The notes beneath the pieces are model-generated. The model saw only the letters and a list, made by a program, of their open reading frames with translations, made no database searches and had not been told where the DNA came from. From Candidatus Hodarchaeum mangrovi (GTDB lineage: Archaea; Asgardarchaeota; Heimdallarchaeia; Hodarchaeales; Hodarchaeaceae): 58,542 nt of DNA. The stretch covers positions 1-58,542 of the forward strand of contig JAEOUE010000121.1 of NCBI GenBank assembly GCA_016839515.1, read 5' to 3'. Positions within the stretch are counted from its first letter, which is position 1. The number at the start of each line of letters is the position of its first letter. Of the stretch, positions 1 through 10,014 are shown one piece after another. A program made the translations under genes and the position numbers.

Positions 1-806
1 TGACTGGACATACAACAATTGAGGATTTTCGGAATAGTTTTCTTTTTTCAAATAGAATAGATCCAATATTAAGCCCATATCTTCGGAAATACTATTCCTA
101 TGCTGATTATCTTATTGCTGTCAGTGATTACAATAAAAAGATTCTACTTGGATATGGTTATGATCCTTCTAGAATCAAAATAATCTCAAATGGAATTGAT
201 CTTTTAAAAGTAAGAAAAAAGCTTGATTTGAGAAAAAAAACGCGTAAATTTCTTGGAATTAATGAAAAACAACTCTTAGTTGTTACAGTAGGCATATGTA
301 TATATCGAAAAGCCCCTGATATATTTATTGATGTTGCTAGGACTATTCCAGAACAACAATTTCTATGGATTGGAAAATATCTTCCTTTAGGGACAATCGC
401 TCACTCAAATTATTTACGCAAAAAATTTGAGCTCTCCAGACAGCTGAAAAACATGCAATTTACTGGATATGTGTCTAAGTTTACCCTGGAAGGACTTTTA
501 AACGCGGCAGATGTTTTTCTTTATGTAAGTCGGGAAGAGAATCAAGGAATCGCGCTTTTAGAAGCTATCGCTTATGGATTAGTCCCTGTAGTTCATGACC
601 ATCCTGTATTCAGCTGGCTAACCCATGAAATAGATTGTTTAAAAGGAAAATCAGTCCAAGATTATTCAGAACAGATCAATCGATTATTAAATGATTATAA
701 TCTCCGACAAATACTACAAAAAAAAGGAGAACAGACATTAAAAGACCATGATATTAATTATTCAATCAATCAATTAGCTGATCTTTATTCATATCTTGAA
801 TCATAA
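1..806 (+). CDS. GT4 (GT-B) glycosyltransferase, 5'-partial; resembles CpoA-type glycolipid glycosyltransferases
   Basis: Frame is open from base 3 (TGHTTIEDFRNSF...AVSDYNK...ISNGID), so the gene starts before the window. GT4 motifs RK..D.F and EENQGIALLEA. Confidence 0.85.
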   Translation, partial: TGHTTIEDFRNSFLFSNRIDPILSPYLRKYYSYADYLIAVSDYNKKILLGYGYDPSRIKIISNGIDLLKVRKKLDLRKKTRKFLGINEKQLLVVTVGICIYRKAPDIFIDVARTIPEQQFLWIGKYLPLGTIAHSNYLRKKFELSRQLKNMQFTGYVSKFTLEGLLNAADVFLYVSREENQGIALLEAIAYGLVPVVHDHPVFSWLTHEIDCLKGKSVQDYSEQINRLLNDYNLRQILQKKGEQTLKDHDINYSINQLADLYSYLES

Positions 807-846
807 AAAAAGGAAAAAGAAGTAAAGAAAGAACTAATATAAACGT

Positions 847-3726
847 TTATAGTCCTTTATTTACTCGAAACATCCCAAATACAATTATAACAGCAACAAG
901 AGCAAAAAAACCAAAGCCAAGAAGGGAAATAATAATATCTAGACCTGAATCTTGATCAGAACCAGTTGTAGTTTTTTCAATTATTTTAAAATTAATAGTA
1001 CCAATGGGATCTAACCGTTTGTCCAAAAATAAATCAATGATGTAGGTTGCTGGTGGTGAATCAAGATCGATTGATAGATCAATTTTATAAACACCATCCT
1101 CTTCATAGGCAATAAACCTGCCGGAAGTAAGATTTCCTGAAACACGACATGATAAATCTAACCCACCAATCTTTTTTCCTGTTTCTAATAATCGAACTGT
1201 AAAATTAATAGTTTTAGAATCTCCCTGTTTTATTTCGGGAATATCTAAAGAGATAATTTCAAATGTACCACTGATTGTAATTTGATGGAGACTCATATTC
1301 AAATAAGCTTGATCTTGAATATCGAATATATGAGGAGTACTCCAACGGACTTTGAAACTATAGTTTCCAGGCATGAGTGCTGGATTAACAGGATCTAACC
1401 AAAGTACTGTTTGCTCAATAAAGTGAAAATGAAATGTCTGTTTTATTTCTACTTCAGGAGTAGCTGTTTCATCCAGAAAGAAGATAAGGTCGAGATCTGT
1501 CATAGGAATTTCTAGTTCTGATGTAATATTTCGATTAGGATAATTCACTTCAAGTGTATCATTGTAGTTTAAAAATTTTAAAGTTAAATTACCACCTAAT
1601 AATTCTGTAATATAATAACTTGTTCTAGGTAAATTTTCTTCAACAACAACAGTTCTAAACCTAACTGTAGGAATATCAATAGGTATTACAATTTTTACTG
1701 GAGCACCTCCACTAGTTGATGTCACAGTTATAGTTAAGTTAGCAGTTATATTACCAAAAATACCTCTCTTAGGAATTTCAAAATTTAATCCCATGGTATT
1801 AACCCTTGAAAAAGGATCGCTAAAATTCCCATCTAATATTGTTTCTCCTTCACTATTATAAGGAATAAAACCAAAAGTTTTCCAAGTGATGTTCTCACGA
1901 GAGGTCCATTTACTATTCCATATATAAACTACCTCTGCAGAACTAATAATAAGATAATCTAAAGAATAAAACTCTCCTTGAGACGAATTAGCTTCAAGGT
2001 AGCCTAGAAGGGTAATATTATCACCTGGTGAAATTGTTTGAAGATCAGTTTCCTGTTCATAATAGATACGATAATCTGAAGTGTTATCAGGAGCAGTCTG
2101 ATTCGTAGACCCGCGTAATATATAGAGATCCTGTTTGACATAATTCATCTCATCTTTTATTACATAGGTTATGTTCACGGTTTTATCGTCGATAAAATCA
2201 CCTTGTGAGTCTGCACGATGGATAATAAAAACAAAGGTCCATGTTCCAAAGTACACCTGATGTGTAGGCAATTGTAACTCGATTGTAGCAGTACTATCTC
2301 CACCCACAGAAGTATTTACAGCCTCTTCAGCTTTTATACGATATTTACTTTCTAATGTCTCATTATAGCCTTGATGAAACCAGGTAGAATAAACGCTTCC
2401 AGTTTTTAAGGGAGCTCCTGGATCAATAATAGTTGTTTTTTCAGCTATTACTGCATAATTCACAATAAAATTATCAATGAACCAATATGAAGTTTGATTA
2501 TTTGAATAGGAGTTTGTATCTGGTAAGATTAATCTAAACGTTTTGGTAATAGGTGTAGAGGTTGCCTCTGTATCAACTGGAAAGGTAATAGAATTCCATT
2601 TGTGATTGCCTACACCTACGTCAGGAATTGTTTCATTTTTCCAAGATGTTCCTTTCCAGTATGAAAATGTCAATCTAGGAGGTACAATTGCCAAATAACA
2701 ATCATCTAACCATCCAGTATATAAAGTATCAGCTGCAGCTCCAGCGTCAATTCCCCAAAAGACCACCCGTAAGTAACTTGAATTTATTGGTGTTGTCCAA
2801 CGTAGAATCATATTATAGATATAACCTAGGTCATCTTCTACTAAAGTTCTCGAATCAGTAGAATCTATTTGGCCAATGTTAAATCCACTAGCATTATATG
2901 CCTCAATTCTTAGTTTCCAATAATTTGCCTCTGTTTTTCCAGTAGCTTTAGCAGAAAGAGAAATAGTCCGTCCTCCTGCAATTGTAATGTTTTGTGTTAC
3001 TAAAAAGCCTTCAGTTCCATTTATTTTTGCATAATTGGAACCATCAGCTGCATTATCTGGATCAGATACGATTTGAACAAAAGATGAATTTACATCCCAG
3101 CCAGTTGTGTCACCAGTTTCAAAGCTTGGGTTTAGTAAAAGATTTTCTCCCTTTGACATGTAATCAAATGAAACATAATAACGACTTGAATTTAAGAGAG
3201 TTGTTTCATTATAAAAGATTTCTGCAGCAATCTTATCTGCATCCATCCCTTCTGTTAACGTAAGATATCCCTCAGAGGTAGTTACAGAATCAAAATTAGC
3301 ATTATACCAATCAGGAACGGATAAATTATCGAAATAAGGATCTTTTAAGATATTCTGATAATTACTCCTGAAATCAAAAGCAACCTCATCAATTGGGGAT
3401 TCTAGTTGCCATTCTAATGATCCGTTCATCTCAGAATATTTACTATCAGCAGTGATTTCTAACCATTCACCCGGAGCATAAATATCTTTATTAGTAGTTA
3501 ATGTTGTTAATCCAGATGTCACAGAAGTCCCTATTCTTGATTGAATCATTGGTTCGTTATTATTTTCTGCTGAATAAGTTTCTTTTAGCGTATTTTGTCT
3601 CGAATAAGAAATTGTTTGGGAATTCTGGTAAATTATTAAGGAACTTGGAATACTAAATATTATTATTGTAAGAATGCTTAGAATTAATAAATTTCGAATT
3701 ATGTTCATATGGCTCACCGTAATCAA
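847..3726 (-). CDS. Secreted, C-terminally membrane-anchored surface glycoprotein with CBM4/9-like and Ig-like domains
   Basis: N-terminal hydrophobic signal, NLLLNPSFETGDTTGW CBM-like start, many N-x-S/T sequons, C-terminal TM helix plus short basic tail. Confidence 0.75.
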   Translation of the reverse strand: MITVSHMNIIRNLLILSILTIIIFSIPSSLIIYQNSQTISYSRQNTLKETYSAENNNEPMIQSRIGTSVTSGLTTLTTNKDIYAPGEWLEITADSKYSEMNGSLEWQLESPIDEVAFDFRSNYQNILKDPYFDNLSVPDWYNANFDSVTTSEGYLTLTEGMDADKIAAEIFYNETTLLNSSRYYVSFDYMSKGENLLLNPSFETGDTTGWDVNSSFVQIVSDPDNAADGSNYAKINGTEGFLVTQNITIAGGRTISLSAKATGKTEANYWKLRIEAYNASGFNIGQIDSTDSRTLVEDDLGYIYNMILRWTTPINSSYLRVVFWGIDAGAAADTLYTGWLDDCYLAIVPPRLTFSYWKGTSWKNETIPDVGVGNHKWNSITFPVDTEATSTPITKTFRLILPDTNSYSNNQTSYWFIDNFIVNYAVIAEKTTIIDPGAPLKTGSVYSTWFHQGYNETLESKYRIKAEEAVNTSVGGDSTATIELQLPTHQVYFGTWTFVFIIHRADSQGDFIDDKTVNITYVIKDEMNYVKQDLYILRGSTNQTAPDNTSDYRIYYEQETDLQTISPGDNITLLGYLEANSSQGEFYSLDYLIISSAEVVYIWNSKWTSRENITWKTFGFIPYNSEGETILDGNFSDPFSRVNTMGLNFEIPKRGIFGNITANLTITVTSTSGGAPVKIVIPIDIPTVRFRTVVVEENLPRTSYYITELLGGNLTLKFLNYNDTLEVNYPNRNITSELEIPMTDLDLIFFLDETATPEVEIKQTFHFHFIEQTVLWLDPVNPALMPGNYSFKVRWSTPHIFDIQDQAYLNMSLHQITISGTFEIISLDIPEIKQGDSKTINFTVRLLETGKKIGGLDLSCRVSGNLTSGRFIAYEEDGVYKIDLSIDLDSPPATYIIDLFLDKRLDPIGTINFKIIEKTTTGSDQDSGLDIIISLLGFGFFALVAVIIVFGMFRVNKGL

Positions 3727-3891
3727 GGTTTCTTAGATAGATTAATTTTTCTTTTAGAAAATCTCTATAAATAGTTGTATTATATCCTAAATCTCCATTG
3801 TGGGGTCTGATTGGTTTGATCCAACCTTATTTTTTTAAGTTTATTAAACGCTTAGTTGGCAAAAAATTAAAGACATTTATTCTGTACAAAA

Positions 3892-5793
3892 ATGAAAAAA
3901 TACGAAAGCTTTAATTTATTGGTGATCTTTAGATTAAATGATAACATGATAGGTCTTAGAGAACAGTTAGGGCAGCGAATTCAAGAAGGAAAACTAGCAA
4001 TTAGTAACGAAGATTATTCTTTAGCTATCTTTTCCTTCCAAAAAGCTATAAAACTAGCTTCAGACCAATCTCCAGTTCTCAATAATATTATTGGGGTTTC
4101 TTATGCATATTTAGCTCTTTCTTTTTTCTATAAAGGGGATGAAATGCAAGCTCGTACCAATATAGATAAGATTGAACCATTTTTTGACCATAAACCAATT
4201 AATACTCAAGGATATGCTGCAATTTTATTGAGTATTGGACTGGATTTTCAACGTTTAAAGGCATATGAATTCTCAATAATTCCAATGAAAGTGGCTTTAA
4301 AACTTACTAGAGAAAGTTCTTTAACTGAAGACTTAGAAGCAATTTCAATAATCTCACGAAATCTCGCATATTCTTACTATAAAATGCAAAAACAGACAGC
4401 TGCTGCTAAGTTGTTTAGAATAGCAGGTGATCTAGAAGAAAATCCGAAAATAGCGATTGAACTATATCAAAATTCGTCTTATCTTTATTATCAAGAAAAT
4501 ATGAAAGAAGAGGCTCTTAATATTCTTGAAACAGCTTTTAATAAAGTTGACATTGCAGAAAACTCAGGTTTAATTAATTATCCTTTAAAACTAAAGAAAG
4601 AAATTGCTCATTTTCAAGCAATAATCGCATACGAAATTTATCAACATTATATTTCTTATAACGATCTTAATCAATCCTTAGATTACATAAACCTTAGTCA
4701 ATCAAAATTTTCTTTTATTGATAAGGAGTTTTGGCCAACTAAAACACTTTATGAAGAAGCCATGATTTATAATAAATTAGACAAAATTAATAAACGTGAC
4801 AAATTACTTGAAAAGGTAGTAGAACATAAATACACCGAAGATACTAACATTTTCATCATAAGAGCAGGACTTCTTCTTTTAATATCTTCTCTCGAAAAAA
4901 ATAACTTCCCAAAAGTTGGGTATTATCTTCAAATTCTTTCAAATATAGAAATGGAGTATTTAAATCCTTCAATAGCTAATATAATTTCACAGATTCGAGA
5001 AATTTCGAGAAAATCATTAAAGAGAGGGCAAATTCAAACAAATCTTCGATTTACATTAAAAGATCTAGATTTACCAGTTGAAAAGTTAATAGAACAAAAC
5101 GAGTCTCTCTTCGAGGAAAGATCATTAACATTTACTCAATTCAAAGAGAAATCTCAGAAAGAAATTGATCATTCTATTGGTTTAACTGGAAAAATGTCTC
5201 AGTTTTCTGGAAAATTAAAACCCCCCTCTCTTGAGAGATTACAGGAATTATTTGAGGTAAAAGAAACAACAATTGAACCAAAAATGGAAGAAAGAGAAGC
5301 AATTCCCGAAACTATTCCAACAACTCAGGAAGAGTATGAGGAGGGACGTATTTCCCCCTCAGCTGAAACACTAAGTAATTTATTCCGTGAACACCGTATC
5401 CTCCAAGAAGAAGATAATATAAGCGAAATTAATATAACTACAGCAGAAGATACAGAAAATAAAGAAATTCAAGAAAGAATATCATTAGAAAACATTCCTA
5501 CTCAAGCGGGAAGGTACTTTCAAAGAGCAGGATGGACTGTTCGATTTAACTTAACAACAGGACAACGTAGAGGAGCAGAACCAGATATAATAGCTGAAAA
5601 AGGGTTAATTCGGAGAAGAAAAAAATTAATCTTTTTTGCAGAGAATCCTACTGATGCGGAAATTTGTGGTTTTCTCCTTCAATCGAGCTTAGAAGAAGGA
5701 GAAAAACTAGTTTTTTTAATGAGTGGAGACCCACGAACCGTGAAGCTCTCACGAAAAGTAAAGCTCATAACTCACATTGATCAATTATTTTAA
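3892..5793 (+). CDS. TPR-repeat protein with acidic linker and C-terminal degenerate PD-(D/E)xK (Mrr/Hjc-like) domain
   Basis: Helical TPR-like N-half; C-terminal YFQRAGWTV...EPDIIAEKG. True start may be the later Met (MIGLREQ). Confidence 0.6.
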   Translation: MKKYESFNLLVIFRLNDNMIGLREQLGQRIQEGKLAISNEDYSLAIFSFQKAIKLASDQSPVLNNIIGVSYAYLALSFFYKGDEMQARTNIDKIEPFFDHKPINTQGYAAILLSIGLDFQRLKAYEFSIIPMKVALKLTRESSLTEDLEAISIISRNLAYSYYKMQKQTAAAKLFRIAGDLEENPKIAIELYQNSSYLYYQENMKEEALNILETAFNKVDIAENSGLINYPLKLKKEIAHFQAIIAYEIYQHYISYNDLNQSLDYINLSQSKFSFIDKEFWPTKTLYEEAMIYNKLDKINKRDKLLEKVVEHKYTEDTNIFIIRAGLLLLISSLEKNNFPKVGYYLQILSNIEMEYLNPSIANIISQIREISRKSLKRGQIQTNLRFTLKDLDLPVEKLIEQNESLFEERSLTFTQFKEKSQKEIDHSIGLTGKMSQFSGKLKPPSLERLQELFEVKETTIEPKMEEREAIPETIPTTQEEYEEGRISPSAETLSNLFREHRILQEEDNISEINITTAEDTENKEIQERISLENIPTQAGRYFQRAGWTVRFNLTTGQRRGAEPDIIAEKGLIRRRKKLIFFAENPTDAEICGFLLQSSLEEGEKLVFLMSGDPRTVKLSRKVKLITHIDQLF

Positions 5794-5807
5794 TTTATCG
5801 AAAAGCT

Positions 5808-6455
5808 CTAATAAAAAGTCTCTTTAAGTAATGATTCGACTTTTAGTCTCATCATATCTATTGTACTATCACTCACTAAAGTTCTTAATTTTCCTTTCTT
5901 TAAAAAATACTCAATTAAAGGTTTAGTTTGAGTCTCATAAGTCTTAAGTCTTTTTTTAACTGTTTCTTCAGTATCATCATCACGTTGATACAATTCTCCA
6001 GAACAATTATTACAAAGTGCTTTTCTCTTTGGAGGACTGTAAATAATGTGATAGATTGCTCCACATGTTTTACATGTTCGACGACCAGTTATTCTTTCAA
6101 CTAGCAGATTAAAATCCACTTCTATATTTATAACTAAATCGATCTCAGTTATTCTTTCTAAGTCTGTAGCTTGAGCGATATTCCGTGGGTAACCGTCAAG
6201 AATAAACCCAGCTTCACAATCTGGTTCAGCTAAACGAGCTTCCAGAAGTTCAAGAACTAATTTGTCAGGAACTAATTTCCCCTCATCCATGAAAACCTTA
6301 GCCTTTTTTCCCACCTCAGTTTGGTCTTTAACAGCATTACGTAGAAGATCTCCTGTAGAAATCTGGGGAATATTGTATTTTTCTGTAATAAATTTTGCCT
6401 GTGTTCCTTTTCCTGATCCAGGAGCACCTAGCAAAATTAATTTAATTTGAGTCAA
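5808..6455 (-). CDS. adk: Adenylate kinase, long type with Zn-binding LID
   Basis: GAPGSGKGT, ISTGDLLR, GFILDGYPR, LID CKTC...CNNC, QRDDD. Probable TTG start at 6455 after an AGGTGG ribosome-binding site (ORF track extends to 6488). Confidence 0.95.
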   Translation of the reverse strand: MTQIKLILLGAPGSGKGTQAKFITEKYNIPQISTGDLLRNAVKDQTEVGKKAKVFMDEGKLVPDKLVLELLEARLAEPDCEAGFILDGYPRNIAQATDLERITEIDLVINIEVDFNLLVERITGRRTCKTCGAIYHIIYSPPKRKALCNNCSGELYQRDDDTEETVKKRLKTYETQTKPLIEYFLKKGKLRTLVSDSTIDMMRLKVESLLKETFY

Positions 6456-6468
6456 AAGATTCCACCTT

Positions 6469-7233
6469 TTAGCTCTTTTGAATATCATTATTTAACTTAA
6501 GAAGTATATCTCTAGCTTTTGATGCATTTTGTTCATTAATAACAAATATGAGTTGAAGATGGTCTGAATGATGTGATACTAATGTATCATAAAGAGAAAT
6601 CGCTTGGTCTGCTAATAAAGAAGAGACATGTGCAAGAATTCCAGGGATTTGTTGAGCTTGTCGAGGTAAAATAAGTTTCAATAAACTCAAAGAATCTTGG
6701 AGTTTAAGAACATCAAGTCCCTTGTATCCATTTATTTTATCTAAGAATTTATTTTCAGCCATTTTTTTTACATATAATCCCAAATTATTCTGATTTAGAT
6801 ATGCTGAACTGATGTCCTTTGTATTTAATAAGTCTAATATTGCTTTAACAACAATAAATGGATCAGCATCTTCGTGAAATTGAATTTTATAATGTTTCAA
6901 ACCATCTGTAACCTCAGTGGTTCCCTTCTTTAATATATCCTGAACTCTTTTTACTCCAAGTATTTCTTCTTGTTGCTCCCGCATTTTTTTAAGGTATCGA
7001 GTTATAGCAACAGCAACATTACCCTCTAACTTAAGTGGATCCTTATCAGAAAATTGACCACCTTGTAACAATTTATTTTTTATCTCTTTGGCAATTTCAC
7101 GCTGAGCTGTTTTACGTTGTTGGAGTTCATGGACAAGAGATGGATCTTGATCTAACATTTCACGAACGAATTTCGAAACGGATTTAGAATCGGGTTTATC
7201 ATCACTCATATATCTTCTTCCTCTAGCTATCAC
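6469..7233 (-). CDS. Archaeal ACT-domain regulatory protein
   Basis: C-terminal ACT-like PGILAHVSSLLADQAISL...LIFVINE; helical N-terminus. Probable start at Met 7209. Confidence 0.65.
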   Translation of the reverse strand: MIARGRRYMSDDKPDSKSVSKFVREMLDQDPSLVHELQQRKTAQREIAKEIKNKLLQGGQFSDKDPLKLEGNVAVAITRYLKKMREQQEEILGVKRVQDILKKGTTEVTDGLKHYKIQFHEDADPFIVVKAILDLLNTKDISSAYLNQNNLGLYVKKMAENKFLDKINGYKGLDVLKLQDSLSLLKLILPRQAQQIPGILAHVSSLLADQAISLYDTLVSHHSDHLQLIFVINEQNASKARDILLKLNNDIQKS

Positions 7234-7567
7234 TTTTATCGTATTTAAAAACCGGTATAAATACAGAGTTGATCATTAATAATTAAAATGATTTACAAGA
7301 GTTTCAAATGAAAAGCCTGAAGCATCTTCAAAGTGAAGAGCACAATTCAAACTCAATAATCTACTTTTATCTAACTTTTTTATAATTATGTAATTCAAAT
7401 TGAAACATTGAAAATTATGACGATTAATGAAGTATTTAAGAAAAATTTGTATTATATCAATTCGTTAATTAGTGTATTTTAAAACAATTTATATTTAGAA
7501 GGGAAAAAAGTCTATTAAAGCTCGGATAAACAATAAAAGACCAAGTTAAATGTATATGTGAGATGTT

Positions 7568-8311
7568 TTGATAACAAATGACCTTATAATTCTGATCCCC
7601 TCATTTAATGAAGAAGAAAATCTATCAGATATCCTATCTAAGGTTATGAAGTTTGTACCACGAGAACAAATCATCCTTGCAGATGATGGTTCAACAGATT
7701 GTACAATGCAAATAGCGAAAGAGTATCAGATTCGGATTATTAGATCAAAAATAAATGTGGGAAAGGGCTACATACTTAAAAATGCCTTTAAAGCGATTAT
7801 AAAGTACTTACCACATTATAAATGGATTATAACACTTGATGCTGATGGTCAACATAATCCTAAAGACCTAATATCATTCTTTAAATCCAAAAAGAATGAT
7901 GAGAACGTAAGTATCTTCGTAGGAAGTAGGGACTTTAGGAAAATGCCTAAATCTAATTATATATCTAATATTTTAACCTCAAATTGGTGTAAATTCTGGT
8001 TAAAATGGGAATTGGAAGATTTACAGTGTGGATACCGTTGTTACAATACAAAGAGATTAAAACAGTTACTACAATACGGATTGTCCAAAAAAAACTTTGA
8101 TTTTGAAACAGAAATATTATTTGTAGCATGGTTCTTAGATATGAAGATAAAAGAATTACCCATTCAAACAGTTTATTTCTTTCGACATAGGAAATCCCGA
8201 GTTCTTCCATCTATAGACACTTTGCGTTGGATTTGGTTAATTATATCTTTTGGACTGAATACTCAATTCATGCGTAAAATTCTCTTGAAAAAAGGTTTTA
8301 TTAGATCATAA
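7568..8311 (+). CDS. GT2 glycosyltransferase (DPM1/polyprenol-phosphate glycosyltransferase-like)
   Basis: IPSFNEE, DDGSTD, NVGKG, LDADGQH, DLQCGYR, FDFETE. Confidence 0.9.
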   Translation: MITNDLIILIPSFNEEENLSDILSKVMKFVPREQIILADDGSTDCTMQIAKEYQIRIIRSKINVGKGYILKNAFKAIIKYLPHYKWIITLDADGQHNPKDLISFFKSKKNDENVSIFVGSRDFRKMPKSNYISNILTSNWCKFWLKWELEDLQCGYRCYNTKRLKQLLQYGLSKKNFDFETEILFVAWFLDMKIKELPIQTVYFFRHRKSRVLPSIDTLRWIWLIISFGLNTQFMRKILLKKGFIRS

Positions 8312-8539
8312 ATTCAAAATATCTTTAGAATATTTCTTTCTAGGGAAAATAAAAAATCTAATAATCTATTATGGAGCTTAAAAGAATTAGGAAGGACTTT
8401 TTATCATTTATACTTGCTGCCAAACAACTTAAATGTTCAATTTCGAAAGAGAATTAAAGAACCTTTAAATTAGTTTATTCATCAAAACCAGAAGGAAGCG
8501 AAAAGAATTAGCTATAAAGCTGGATCCGGTGTCCAACTA

Positions 8540-9088
8540 ATGAAACAAAAATTAGTACTTAAATTAGTCCTCCTAGGTGATCCTGGTGTGGGAAAAACAA
8601 GTTTAATTAGTCAGTTTGTACACTCACGGTTTAGACATTCGTATCAATTGACTGTGGGTCTTGATATTTCTTCAAAACAAGTCAAACTTAAAGATGGAAG
8701 AACTGTTACCCTCTCTATAAATGATATAGGAGGACAAGCAAGATTTGCTGCTATTCGACATATGTTTTTTAAAGGTGCTCATTTAGCTATGTTTGTTTAT
8801 GATGTCACCCGTTCTGAGACTCTAAGCAATATCAAAAGTCCTTGGTATAGTGAATTAATGGAATTTTGCTCACAACCTGATACTACTAAATCTGCAATCA
8901 AAACTATACTCGTTGGAAATAAAGCTGACCTAGAAGATTATCGTATGATTGAAGAAGATGAGGGGGAAGCTTTAGCAAAAGAAATTCAAGCTATAGATCA
9001 TATTTCTGCTTCAGCTAAAGAGAATCATCATGTAAACGAGGCATTCCATAAACTAGCACAAAGTTTTTTTGACGAAATCGAACATTAA
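8540..9088 (+). CDS. Rab-like small GTPase (Ras superfamily)
   Basis: G1 GDPGVGKTS, G2 TVGLD, G3 DIGGQ, G4 NKAD, G5 SAK; no C-terminal Cys. Confidence 0.92.
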   Translation: MKQKLVLKLVLLGDPGVGKTSLISQFVHSRFRHSYQLTVGLDISSKQVKLKDGRTVTLSINDIGGQARFAAIRHMFFKGAHLAMFVYDVTRSETLSNIKSPWYSELMEFCSQPDTTKSAIKTILVGNKADLEDYRMIEEDEGEALAKEIQAIDHISASAKENHHVNEAFHKLAQSFFDEIEH

Positions 9089-9120
9089 GAAATTTTTCAC
9101 CTGAATAACAGGAGATATTC

Positions 9121-9993
9121 TTGTTGAGTATTGAGATAGATTATGAAGTGCTTGCAAACATTCCCAGTTCTTTATTCCAACGGTTAATTGAACAATGGCA
9201 AAATAATATTGTGAACCTTGAACCTTCAAATATATTTTCGTCTGCAAATGAAGGAACAACCAAATCTATCCTCGCTACACTACCCCAGGCAAAACTACGA
9301 AATTTACAAAAACTTGGTAGGATACTAGAAATAAAAGATATATGGTGGGAATCTTATTTAGTTCCCAAAATTAAATCATTTTCTAATTTTGAAGGAAGAA
9401 TTAAGACCTTTGAAGTTGATAAATATATAGATACAAGTGGATCAAAAGCTAAAGCGTTCCTAAATGTTATAGAGCTAAGTAGAAATGCATTATTGGTATT
9501 AATTGAATTTTCTTCACGTTCTCCTAGTTTAAGAAGAATTTATCGATATATTTTCTTTCCAGCTGTTAAAATAATTCTTCTTGAACCTCAGGAGTATGCT
9601 GTTGAATTATTCCAAGATCAGGTTTTGCCCTTTATTTCAAATGAAAGTCAAATCACACTCAAACCGGTCCGTGCTAAATTAATAAAACAATTTACAAAAA
9701 TAAGTGATAATAAAGAAGCCTCCATTATTCTCACACATTTAAAGATACGAATTTCCCTTGAAACCTCAGGAATAGAAGGTTTAAGTCAGATAATAATCGA
9801 AGGAAAAGACGTTATAAGAGGAGCTGAAACTCTAGAACAACGTCATGAAATTTCTCTTAAATTCATGCAATCAGGGCCTTGGGTCGGAGCTGGAACAGAT
9901 GATTTTATTATTGAAGTCGGAAAAGGTATCCAGATCATTCAGATTGAAGAACAATCTCTTAAGAACATTGCTACAGTGCTAAGCTGGTTATAA
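9121..9993 (+). CDS. Hypothetical alpha/beta protein
   Basis: 290-aa ORF, TTG start after GGAG, co-oriented between the GTPase and the subtilase. Confidence 0.7.
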   Translation: MLSIEIDYEVLANIPSSLFQRLIEQWQNNIVNLEPSNIFSSANEGTTKSILATLPQAKLRNLQKLGRILEIKDIWWESYLVPKIKSFSNFEGRIKTFEVDKYIDTSGSKAKAFLNVIELSRNALLVLIEFSSRSPSLRRIYRYIFFPAVKIILLEPQEYAVELFQDQVLPFISNESQITLKPVRAKLIKQFTKISDNKEASIILTHLKIRISLETSGIEGLSQIIIEGKDVIRGAETLEQRHEISLKFMQSGPWVGAGTDDFIIEVGKGIQIIQIEEQSLKNIATVLSWL

Positions 9994-10014
9994 TTTCCTT
10001 TTTGAGGCGAAAAA

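Noticed and set aside
9700-9860. Faint resemblance of IIIEGKDVIRGAETL to the CENP-N/Chl4 C-terminus
   Set aside because: Too short and degenerate to support without profile searches.
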